From Marsupella aquatica (lineage: Eukaryota; Plantae; Marchantiophyta): a stretch of DNA of 64,000 nucleotides. The stretch lies in assembly GCA_973895155.1 (NCBI GenBank), contig OZ316899.1:10877135-10941134 (forward strand), in the 5' to 3' direction. The translations under genes and the position numbers were made by a program. Of the stretch, positions 26,449 through 37,311 are shown piece after piece (positions within the stretch are counted from its first letter, which is position 1; the number at the start of each line of letters is the position of its first letter). Under the pieces are notes generated by a model. It worked only from the letters and a program-made list of their open reading frames with translations. It was not told the origin of the DNA and ran no database searches.

Positions 26449-29400
26449 ATGGCTTCAAGAACGCAGCTTCTACCTGGAGAAGTCGTTCACCTGCTTATCA
26501 ATGAACAACTAGTTGCTGGTGGAAAGGTTTTTTGTGTTCTACCTTCCAACACCTGCCACTCTGTGTTGCTTGGAGCAGAACGGATAAGTGTGGCGGTATA
26601 CAATGCTTTCTTTCACCTCGCACAACTACCGTATCCACATCCGGGAGCTGATCTAGTAGGAGAGTCGGTGAACTCCGTTGTTTTGTGGGATCGGCAAGAT
26701 GTCCGCCATGCAAATGACATGAATCTTGGAGGTCAAACTTAGTCAACTTATGTCATTGATGACCCAGACAATATTCAAGGTAATTCTGAATCAGCCACCG
26801 GACTGGAGGGGACAGAGGTTTTTGCGGAGGATCTGAAAGATCGTAGCACATGGTTCAAAAAGTTTGCCCTTCTCTATGCCGACAATGGAGAAACCTTGCT
26901 CGCAAGAGGTTGCATCATAAACCCACATCCTCTCGCGTCCATTAACAATGAGCGAGTTGGGGAAGATCATGTCGGTGTGAATATTTTGAGTCTAGCTATT
27001 GAAGCTGGCTTGGGAAAAGTTTTGTTCCTCAATTTGTTGATGGATCACCATGCACAGTTCGATGGCCAATCAACAAAACTAGGATTGAGCCTGGAATGGA
27101 ATGTTTGAGTGATCTTTTAGATCAGAACGATGGTAACAATGAGGGAGTTAGAATTCTCTCATATATCAAGCCAAAAAGGGGCTATAACAATCAACGAAGA
27201 AATCCTCAAGATTCAAACCAGAAGGAGAGAAAATGACTCAAGAAAAGACGCAATCAAAAGATGTCTCGGGTGTCCATAGATACTCTTTATCGGGTTGATT
27301 GTTGCTCACAGAGTTGTTATCGATGACAACTCCGTGAGACCGTCACTGACATTAGGGAAGAGTACTATGGTCTATCTCATGTTGAGCAACATACTTACAT
27401 GCTCAATCATCTTCACTGTTGTGACAATGAAACCATCGCCTCAGGCATGATTGTATTCAAGGGAAGCAGGATTTGCAAAGAAGCTTTCTGGAATATTCGT
27501 GGATTTTCTCAAGGAACATTTTACACAATGTATTCACGATACATGGAGGGGGAAAAAGTTGGTGTTCATGGGAATGAAGGGACCATCAAGACCAAAGACT
27601 ACGTTGTGTTGTTCATAGAATCAATTCAAAGTATCCTGTAGAAATGTGCTGAACCAATGCCACATCTTCACAAAATTGGTGTTTCAGGCAAGCAGGAAGT
27701 TGTTTTCAGGGTTCCAATAAGTTTTGGGAGAAAAGATGTTTTTGAAGAGGCTTGCGAGCTTAACAAAAACCTGGGTATTCACTTGCCCTCTCTCCCAACC
27801 TTCTACAAGCTTTTGGATAAATATTTCCCCAATTTCCAATTCCAAGATCGGAGCAACTTTGCAAAATGCGATCTCTGCACGACCATTAAAGAAACACTTC
27901 GGGGGGAGAAACGGGTGGATAAGATTTTAGAAATCAAGGCAAAGCGCGAACGGCATATGTTGGAACAACAATCACGTAGGAGTATGTACTATGCAGCAAA
28001 ACTTGCGGCGGACCAAGAGCCCGACAAATATTTGTCTGTGATTCACGATAAAATGGATCAAGCCAAGACCGGAATCCCTAAAATGACTTCTACACTCAAG
28101 AGCCAAGGAGGCAAATCAACCTTGCTACCAATGATGCTGATGGGGATGTTAACGCATGGACGGGAGCCTGGAATTTATGCACATTTTGCCCTTTCTGGTT
28201 TGTGGGCAAGCGATCCTGATTTTACAATCTCTTCGCTTGCAAAGTTATTTCGTGATCTTGAATCATTTGTAGGAGATAAGACCGGCAATCTAGCTCTCAA
28301 CACCTCTGACGTCATAGATCCAATCTTTGTATCCCTCTTGGATAGGCGTGCCTTTGAGGTAGGATACCTCGAAACCAAAAAGATCTCTCTCGCTCACTTC
28401 GCAGGGCTTGGTGATAATGTGCCACACGAGAGTCACGTAGAGCCTTCAACATCGCTACCCTTCAAGGCGCTTCCTCAACACCTCCACCTTCAACTTGATA
28501 ACTTGGGAAAGGATAACAAGAACCAAACACTTCTGGCTTTCTGTAGCGACCTTGTTCTAAGAGGAGTGTTTGAGTCAGTAACTCTTTCTTTTTTGCTGGT
28601 GGGGCACACTCATGAGGATGTGGATGCATTCTTCTCTAGAGTCGGGATAAGGATCTACAATCAAGAGCTTACCACATTTTTTGGTTTGATGGCGGAGGTT
28701 TGGGAGTGCGAGAAGAAACATCTGGTTCCCAGGTTCATCCGCGAAGTTGCATCTTACAAAGCTTATGTAGGACCATTTGTCAAAAGGATCCAGGGTCAAT
28801 CAGCACCTGTTCAATTCTTGTTCTCAATGAAGGAGAATGTCCCAGTCTACCAATATTGAGAGAAAGTTGATACGCCTTGGCTACCGACAAAGGGTCAAAC
28901 AATTTGGTTGTTTGACTTAGAGAGAAACCAATACAAATTTCCAATTGGAAGTCCTTATTCCAAGCGGATGGAGTCTTCTCACAAGCAGGCGAATGACATT
29001 TTGGAATACTTGATTCATTATATCTCATGGCTGAAGACTGCATGGAAGGATGTTACATTGGAGGGATATCGTCTCCGAAGTCCAGAGATTCAATACTGGG
29101 AAAGCATTGTTTCTATGTTTCAGGACACACTTTGCTCTCCTTCGCTAGCAGGGGTAGATTATCCATTACTTGATGGATTCTGGCCTCGAACAAACCATGG
29201 AACTGGGTATCGTCAGGATGGTCAGAACGTGGATACCAACCCAAGCGAAGACAATGGGGTGATGCATAAACTGGAAAGAGAGCTTTCAAGAAGATGAAGA
29301 ACAAAGGCAAACAATCTTTGTCGGACACCCTTCTCAGCGTGAGAGGTCAAGATTTACTCCTCTAGAAGATATTAAAAAGAATATATTTGTTATTATTCGA

Positions 29401-29757
29401 CCCATCGATGAATTTGAAACCAGAATTCCGCAACGATTTTGGCTTGCAAAAGCAATCGATTGTGTCATAAGAGATCCCGACAATGCGCATGTTGGAGAGT
29501 TCCAAGTTGAATGGTGGCGCCCTCTTAATCGCAAGAGTTTTGCAACCAAATCAGAAAGATATCAGGACTGCTTTAATTCAAAGCAAACGTGGGAAAGGGA
29601 TCCCAATTACCTCATTCCCCCAATCACGAATGATTGGATCCTAGCAACTTCAACCATCACCGGATGGACATCAAAAGCAAAAGCAAAGGTAAAAGTTCCA
29701 GCGAGAGTTTTGGAAAGTGTGAAGGTTTACATTACAAAAACGATTGAGGAGAACTAA
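26449..29757 (+). pseudogene. Sola/DUF7869-type DDD transposase with N-terminal Tnp1/En-Spm-like domains
   Basis: ICKEAFWNIRG, AKCDLC, HDKMDQ, LQLDNLGKDNKN and FLLVGHTHEDVDAFFS. Core 27657..28859 is open; the flanks carry stops and frameshifts. Confidence 0.8.
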
Positions 29758-29837
29758 AATCCTTTTTCGATGCGAGACTCGCGTGGAAAACACTTGGTGA
29801 TGCACGGCACGTCCTAATTGTCAAGTTCAGGATTGTG

Positions 29838-32800
29838 TGTCACATCGTCAGCCTTGGCCTTACTCCGGGCTTCGGCTTAAATAGGCACATCCTTTGTCAA
29901 AATGAGGGTTCGGGTAGGGAGGGAGGCACAGAATGCACCCAACTTACATAAAATAGCGCTAAGTGCGCCTATCATCATATACGGACACCTCCTAGGTATG
30001 ATTTGTGTTCCGCCGCCGGAACGTACCTCAATCGATAGCAGGATTGACCCTGGCTTAAGGGCTTCTAAGCCTTCGTATTGTCCGCCTTCGATCCGGATTT
30101 TGGTGGTATGGGTGCTCAACCTGGGCTCGCAACCACGTACACGCAAGCTGCACCCCGTGCACTACTTGGGTAGTGCGTTCGGCCAAGCGTTGGCACCTAT
30201 ACACAAGATTCACACACATACATACGCACAAGCATAAAATCTTGATTTATACAAAGGAAATAACGGGAAGGGATTTTACTCCATAAGAGACATATGCGTA
30301 CACTTAGTTGACCCGAATGCTCTGGAGTGAACAGGTCCGAGGCCGAGGGTGTACACTACAACGGAGCCCGGCTCCGCACTCGCCCAGCAAGCTTAGTCTT
30401 ACACCCTCCCCTTGGCACCCTTCCACTCCCAGAGGTCGGGACTCCCCGCACATACCGCAGATGTCCAATACTGAGACTAAAAACCCCCTGCCTCTACCGA
30501 GGGGTGCACTAAATACTAAGGGCCGAGGAACGGAGTGTCCTCCCGCCCAAAGATTCGCTGACTTAGTTCCTAACTAATCTGACTGTCAGGCCAAAAAACG
30601 GCTGTGTCTTATTAGAAGATCCTAACCTACGCAGGCTGGACAGCATGGCGGTGCTGCTCTAACTAGGGCAGGTTCCTATCCCCATAGCCTGATTTAGCTA
30701 TTCCTAACCCTATTCTATTCCTACTCCGCCACTAATGCCTGGCACGCTTGCCAGAGCCGCCCGGGTGGGAGCGGCCATCCCACTGCTTACGAAGTCTGTC
30801 GTTGTCCGCCTTGAGGAGCTGGACCTGGTCTAGCAGAGATTTGTTCTCTCGCTTCGCCGCGTCCGTCTCCTCCGCTGCCTCCTGGCATGCCTCCTCCAGC
30901 TGCTGGACGTTGCTCGTCAGCTTGCCCGCCATCTGGTCCGGCTTCTTGGCTTCGGTTTGGAGCCGCACCACTTCGGCCTGTAGCGTGGCTATCTCCGCAG
31001 TGTCCCGCTGGGCCCGTTCTTCGGCCTCCTCCAGGTCTTTCTGCCAGATGACAGTTTGATTCTCGTGTCGTGCAATCTCGGCCTCGTTCCCAGCTTTGGC
31101 CTGTTCGGCTAGGGCGGTAAGGGCGTGCGCCTTCGCTAACAACTCATCGGCGGTTGCAACTTTGGGTCGTAGTTGCAGAAGCTCAGCCTCTTGAGCCGCA
31201 ACTTTGTTCTTTAAGTATACGGACTCCACCCGGTACCGCTCTATCCTCTGAAGGGCCTCTAACTGGGCCCAACCTGCCTTTACTGCGGCAACCAACTCCT
31301 GATTGAAGAAACAAGCTACCTTCTGGGCCATGAACTCCCCGGTATCCCGAGCAATTTGATGAGAGAAATCTCCTAGAAGCCCGTTCAAAAATGTACCCGG
31401 TACGAAGAGTTCCGGGTGGTCCAGGTTGTGCCTATCCGGAGTTGGGCACGGGCAGACGTCAACACGCGCGGGGGCTGGGGCAGTGACATCCAGCCCTGGG
31501 GACGTAGTGTTGGAAGGGGTTGGAGTGTCCTCCTGCAACAATGTCCGGTTCTCCAGAATAGCCACTGATGGGTCTTTGGGAGACCCGGGCTCGAGTAAGG
31601 CCTCCGCTGTACCGACTTCTGTACTTGGCCCGGCCTGTTGGATCGCATCTATGGTTGCAATTACCGACCCATCCGGTACCTCCTCGGTCATGACTATAGC
31701 TACTTGTGGAGGTGGGGTGGGTGAAGCCTGTGTGTCCGCTGGACTTCGGGCCTCGGGTTGGGGCCGTCTCTCCAAGGCCGGGAAAACCCACCTAGCTGGG
31801 ACCAGCTTTGTAACGTTGACACGAGGAAGGGTTCCTCGATCAAACCGAGCGTACCACTCGAGAATGATCTCGATGTGGCTAGCGAAATACGCCTTCCCGC
31901 CAATGTATAGCGTCTTTCTTCGCCGCTCCATCTCTTCATGGAATTTCTTAGCAAAGTACGATGCCCACTTCCTAGGTCGATAGTTCTCGACCTGGATAAC
32001 CTGGGCCGCGGAGATCTCCCCCCGGGGTTCCATCATGTGGAGGGCGTACCTTTGGAACTCCAGTCGCTCAGCTATCTCGGGGATGAGGCAGGTCCTCATC
32101 ACGAACCCGTTGTCCACTGCTCGCTCTGAGGGAAAACTTGAGGATTGGTACTTGGCTCCCTTGCCCTCGGGAGCCCGTGATTCGACTCGGTGGTCACCTT
32201 CGGGTAACCCGAAGATTATCTTGAGCCGTTCTTCCGTGAGGGACATATTCCTTCCCCGCAGCCGAGTATGTTGACGTGCATCATCATAATTCTTGACGAA
32301 TTCCGTCATGTCCTTCTTGTAGTACCTGCAAGTGTTCCAGGGGAGAGAGGCGAGGTGCTCAAATCCCTGAGTCTTCAGGTACACCGCATGTTTGGGATGG
32401 AGGATGTTTTTATGCACGTTTTCCCCCATGCGGTGCATTGTCACCTTGGCCGCGGCTACCGTGGCCAATGGTAACCCGGATGCAGCGGTGGGTTCCTTCC
32501 TCTTCTTCCCCCGTGATTGGCTCGGGGAGGGTGACACCTCCCCATCCTCTCGATCGGGCATAGGTAGTGCTACCGCCGTTAGTATTGGGCCCGGGGCGGC
32601 CACGGTCACCGTGTTGTCTGCTGGAGCCACTCCTTGGGTCCGAGCATGGGGAGGGGACGATGTAGTGTCGTCCCCCTGAGTGTTTGCTCCTCTGGGCCGC
32701 CTGAGCAAGGGTGGGGTAGCCTCGTCGTCGTCGCTAAGGTCCACAGCGTTGATGACGGAGCGTACTTGTACTGGCGGGCGATCGGCGGTGGGGGTTGGCT

Positions 32801-33818
32801 AGGCTGAGGCTGAGACTGAGACTGAAGCTGAGCCTGAGTCTGCGTTGGTGCGGGTAAGGGTATGGGGTCGACTGGGCCGGCGCAGGCGGTTGAGGGTCTA
32901 GTTCCCATGAAGCTCTGCAGGTGCTGGTAGAAGTTCTCCGAAGCAAGTGCAGATGGCCTTGTCGAACGGGTAGTGTTGGACTCACTGTTGATGATAGCCC
33001 AAACCTGAGCAGGGATGTGGTCAAAGTGATGTCGTTGCAAGTCGATCGTACCCGGGATATTGAAGACCTCGTCCGGAAGCCGAAGCAATGCTTCCCAGAA
33101 ACCGATATATTTGTCTCCGTTGAAGAAGTACCCGGATACCTCTGCTGGTCGGTAAAGCTCGCTCTGAGACGGGTAATCAAAGTTAAGGATATATTGGTGT
33201 CGTCCTGCTAGGCGGATGGCTCTCTCGTACTCGCGTTTGATTTCGTATCGGCGCGGGTTGGTGTGTTTCAATGAGTCGGCCAAGTGTCTTTTGGTAGATA
33301 GGAATTGCGTCCAGAATTGAATGGCCGAGCTGGAGAGGATCGTGTGCGACATTCAGAGGAGATAGCAGTGGCGACTAAGAGAGAATGAGAGAGTTGGGGT
33401 CGAAGCTGGCACGTGGACTGATGGACTGGTGCACTACAAAGGGTCGGCTCCCTTTTTATACCTTGAGGGCTTGTCGATCACCCGACGTCTCCTCGTTGCC
33501 TATAGGCTGAACCGTTCATGCTTGTAGTGTACTGGCCACTCCGCCGGTCTGAGTCAGCACGTGTCAGTGGCCGCTTCCCTAAGTTTGTTATACGGACCCG
33601 ATGGAGGGGCCCCTCCACGCTCGCAACCCGGGCGTGCGAATGGTGACACGCCGCCAGTCCGAACATGAATTCCCCTTATTGACTAATGATTTCCTACTCA
33701 TAATGGTTACCTAAATACTGTCATTATGCTAATAATAGCGGCCTAAGATACCCCTAACGCGCGTGCTAAGCGCGGTCCAGACTGAATTACTCATACTTGC
33801 CGTACCGGCGACGTCACA
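29838..33818 (-). repeat. 3' LTR of gypsy family B (3981 bp)
   Basis: Minus strand reads TGTGAC...TGACA. It directly follows PPT AGTAGGGAGCTA and an integrase, and matches the solo LTR 2725-14561. Confidence 0.88.
30732..32744 (-). CDS. LTR-embedded ORF: Athila extra-ORF/Transposase_32-like segment plus C-terminal coiled coil
   Basis: 670-aa open frame with EFVKNYD..LRGRNMSLT...IIFGLP and a long heptad C-terminus. Upstream frame 32606..33352 is probably a frameshifted N-terminus. Confidence 0.7.
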   Translation of the reverse strand: MDLSDDDEATPPLLRRPRGANTQGDDTTSSPPHARTQGVAPADNTVTVAAPGPILTAVALPMPDREDGEVSPSPSQSRGKKRKEPTAASGLPLATVAAAKVTMHRMGENVHKNILHPKHAVYLKTQGFEHLASLPWNTCRYYKKDMTEFVKNYDDARQHTRLRGRNMSLTEERLKIIFGLPEGDHRVESRAPEGKGAKYQSSSFPSERAVDNGFVMRTCLIPEIAERLEFQRYALHMMEPRGEISAAQVIQVENYRPRKWASYFAKKFHEEMERRRKTLYIGGKAYFASHIEIILEWYARFDRGTLPRVNVTKLVPARWVFPALERRPQPEARSPADTQASPTPPPQVAIVMTEEVPDGSVIATIDAIQQAGPSTEVGTAEALLEPGSPKDPSVAILENRTLLQEDTPTPSNTTSPGLDVTAPAPARVDVCPCPTPDRHNLDHPELFVPGTFLNGLLGDFSHQIARDTGEFMAQKVACFFNQELVAAVKAGWAQLEALQRIERYRVESVYLKNKVAAQEAELLQLRPKVATADELLAKAHALTALAEQAKAGNEAEIARHENQTVIWQKDLEEAEERAQRDTAEIATLQAEVVRLQTEAKKPDQMAGKLTSNVQQLEEACQEAAEETDAAKRENKSLLDQVQLLKADNDRLRKQWDGRSHPGGSGKRARH

Positions 33819-34490
33819 TAGCTCCCTACTTAACTGTGAAGCGTCCTCGCGAACATCACTTTCGGCGTTGTCATCTTGATGGTGGTACTTCTTTACACGA
33901 TCGTAACTGACTCGCGTGGGGAGTAAATCGCCGGCGTACGTTGCAAGCTCCAAAGATCCGTTGGGGTAGATCTGATTGACTAGGAAGGGCCCTAACCAAC
34001 GGGTATGAAGCTTCCCTGGAAACTGCATGTACCTACTATCGTACAGAAGGACCAGATCGCCTGTCACGACATCGACCTTCCGTAGTCCTTTGTCGCGCTG
34101 CTTCTTAAAAGTTGCTTGCTGGTGTACGGCGTGTCGAGATGCTAGTAGCCGTGCCTCTTCTAAGGCTTCAATCTGATAAGCTCGGTCTGACAAACTTTCA
34201 GGTTTGGGCAAGCGATCCCAAATGCTGACCCGTGGAGTGTGTACTTCAAACTCGACGGGCACCAACAAATGTTGGCCGAACATGAGAAAGTACGGGCTGT
34301 GACTCGTAGTAGTTTTGTAAGCTAGATTATACGAGTACACCGCTGCGTACAACTTATTATCCCAATCCGTTTTGTGCACAGCTACAGTTTTGTTGAGGAT
34401 CTTCCTAATGATACCATTGGCTCTCTCTACCATCCCTTTGGCTTTAGGATGATACGGGGTAGTCTAGCGGTGCTTGACTAGGTAACGCTC
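33729..34490 (-). pseudogene. gypsy B integrase C-terminal fragment, 5'-truncated
   Basis: TTPYHPK, VERAN and GKLHTRWLGPF. The frame reads through the PPT into the LTR. Confidence 0.9.
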
Positions 34491-37311
34491 CGTAAGCTGG
34501 GCTCCAGTATCGTACTCTTCATTGAAGCTTTGAGTGCACCTTTTGTTTGGTCGTGCCCCTTAGGTGTCAGGGCGACTCTTGTTTTTGAGCTTTTACTCTT
34601 TACTCTTGTGCGACTCTCTGGCCCTCTTCTTTTGGGGGCTTTTAGGGGTATGCTGTGCATGTTCTTTGTTGTGTGTGAGGTTGCTTGTTCCCCCTTGTCG
34701 TGTGGCTTTTCGTGGCTGGTCTCTATCTATTAAAAAACTCATTGGGATGAAGTTAACAACGTGTGAACCTAAGCCCTTTTTCTTATGTTATGTCTCAAAA
34801 GTTTGTACCAAATCACAACTTGAAGTTTCCAAAATTGGTGTTGAAGTATCCGGAAGAAAATTGGAATTGTTCAGAACCCTTATTTAAAACTCAAAAAGTA
34901 TGTTTTCAAATTTCTAAAAAGTAACATTCAATTTTCCAAAAGTACACTGTCAAAATTCCAAGTGGACTATAATATTCCAGAGTTAGTGAAAGTATTGATG
35001 TATGTTTTTCTCCAGCTCCATGGTATAGTTTCAATGTTAATGCTTTGTCCCTGTGCTGGTCTAGCGTTGTCCTATGATGATTGAAACAAACCTCTTACCG
35101 TTTACCACCATTGCTAAAGAGTGATCAACCCGGACATAGCACTTGTGCATTTGCGGTGGGAAATCTAACCCAGTAGTTGTGCAAGGGGGATCATTGAGCT
35201 GAAAGGGCAATCAGAACATTTTTTTGTTGCCCCGAGCAAGTGTGATTGAGGTCGGTTCAGCTGTTGGTGCCCGAATGTTCCACTGCCATCATTTGTGACC
35301 ACAAGCAATGGAGTTTAGAGTGGGGATTTTCTCGGGGATTTTTGCTAAACCCTTTGCTCTGGTTTTCTTCTCGGAGGTAAGCTTGCTGCTACCACAAGGT
35401 GGGGACTGAGGGCTGGACGCAGGATCAAGTTCACAAGTGCAACCTTGGAGCTACCCACGCAACTTGGTATTTGGTGTTGCATTGCAACACCCACCAGGTG
35501 AGGTCGAGACTGCCACTATTTGCGTTGTGGCTGATTCACTTGGTTAACAACTGGCTCTTCACATTCGTAGTCAACAATCTCTATTGCACTCTCTCCTATT
35601 TTGCTTCTGCTTCATTTTGCCAAAGCAATCCAGGTTTTGTCAATCAGGTTTTGCTGCTGATTTGCCATGGAGCTCGCAGTAAGGGTATTATTAGGCCCAT
35701 TGAGGTATTTTTTGGATTGAGTGGTCTGTTGGTGAGTTTGAGGCCCCCTCTGTAGTTTGTAGACCTGCTGTCAGAATGTTTTCATTCCTTGCTGATCAGA
35801 GAATCAGGTTTCCTGCTCATTTGCTATGGAGGTTGCCAAAGGGTATTCTTATGCTTCAATTACTCTGTGTTTTTTTCCAGCTCCACGGTACAGTTTCAAT
35901 GTTAATGCTTTATCCCGTGTGCGATGGCGTCTTCAATTGTCTATTTCCTTCTTTGTAGAAGCTTGCTTTGTTGACTACTTGTCTATTTCAGCTTTCAGAC
36001 ACTCTCCATCAATCTTCTTGTCTTTCCCATCTTCTTCCTGCTATCAAAGATTTTGCAAACAAAATAAGAGATTTTTCTTGGCATCTCTGAGTGTGAATTT
36101 AGGAGAATTTGTGTGGCTCTACAAAGATTTGGAATTTGACACTAGGTCAATGTTGAGTTTTTGTTTATTGAAAGAATGTGACAGTGTAAGATAGGGTGAT
36201 AGATAGGACTCAAGTAGCGGGGCTCTTTCTGAGTGTATTAAGTCATAGATGTTTGGGTTACAGCAGTTAAGTTTGCTCTTAATTGAGCCCACATATAACC
36301 CTTACTGCATTGCAACATCCATCAGGTCAGGCCGAGACTCTCACTGTGCAACTGCCAGTCTTCCTCTCCATTGCTAGAGCATAGGTATGCCCTATATTAT
36401 GATTTGTCCTTTGAGCTTTTCCTGTTAAACGAGACTGTAGGAGCGGGATGGTACAATTTCAGATATGGGATGGTACAATATTGTTGTCTGCTTTGTTGGG
36501 GATCCTCATGTGTATGTCATTGCATACACCTTCTACCTTAGGGGAGTATGACTGTACACCTTAGGTAGAACCGAGTCCTATTCTTAACCCTAGTCCCAGT
36601 GATCCCTAATCCTCCAATCAAGAGAGTGAGACAGTGAGAGACAGATGTAAAAGAATCTGTGGATTGCATTATATGCTATTTGGCACTGTGCTTTGGTTGT
36701 TTACAGGGCAAATAAATGTTTTCATAAAGTTGTGAATTCGTGAGATTTGGTGAAGCAAAAGTAGTTTTTCTTGCATTGTCGTCAACAACCTTTCTGTACT
36801 CACATCGAGACGACCAACATCCTCTCCACAACCCATTCTGTAAGTATATATCTCCTATCATTTAATTGCAGTTCAACAGAACAGAACTTAAGTTGTCCGC
36901 ATTGTTTCATTACTGATGGGCAGACTAAAATTATGTTGCATTGTGGACATTGTACAACTCCAACACATTGAATTGGTACATGCTAGAAATATTGCTCCAC
37001 CAGGTCAGCCAAGTGTATCCGGCAATACAATCATATTCATGATCTTCATTGGATGATCGTAGGAAGGACCTCAGGGTTTGCTTCTGTCCAATCTGGTTAG
37101 TAGCTCTTCAGAGCTAAAACCAATGCACAAGAACACTACTCTGCACTATCTCATACTTTATGGTGCATGAGCGCTAGTTTTACGGAGACGATGGCAGATG
37201 ATAGTAGTCTACAAGTGAGTGTGCACCTAAAGTAGTGTTTGAATTTGGGTATCAATTTAGTTGATCGTACTCTCTCCCCTACAAAAGAGTATTGGCTTGG
37301 GCTTGGCTTTG

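Larger units (their letters stand above)
21648..29787. repeat. Dispersed 21-bp palindrome TCTACRCGA-N3-TCGYGTAGA, nine copies
   Basis: Copies start at 21648, 24203, 24912, 24944, 24997, 25091, 26380, 28421 and 29767. Confidence 0.9.
17300..29830. mobile_element. Large cargo-carrying DNA transposon (Sola-like); boundaries approximate
   Basis: Divergent transposase and cargo gene share one palindrome family. TIRs and TSD were not identified. Confidence 0.6.

Noticed and set aside
21648-29787. Palindromic repeats as a CRISPR array
   Set aside because: Spacing is irregular (tens of bp to kb), there are no uniform spacers or cas genes, and the context is eukaryotic.
29790-29837. Right TIR of the Sola-like element (..GGCACGTCCT|AATT)
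   Set aside because: No convincing inverted partner was found; the best is a weak match near 25650.
36800-37000. Possible RPA-like zinc ribbon (FLACTNSMC...CPQC, minus strand)
   Set aside because: Too fragmentary and frameshifted to support.
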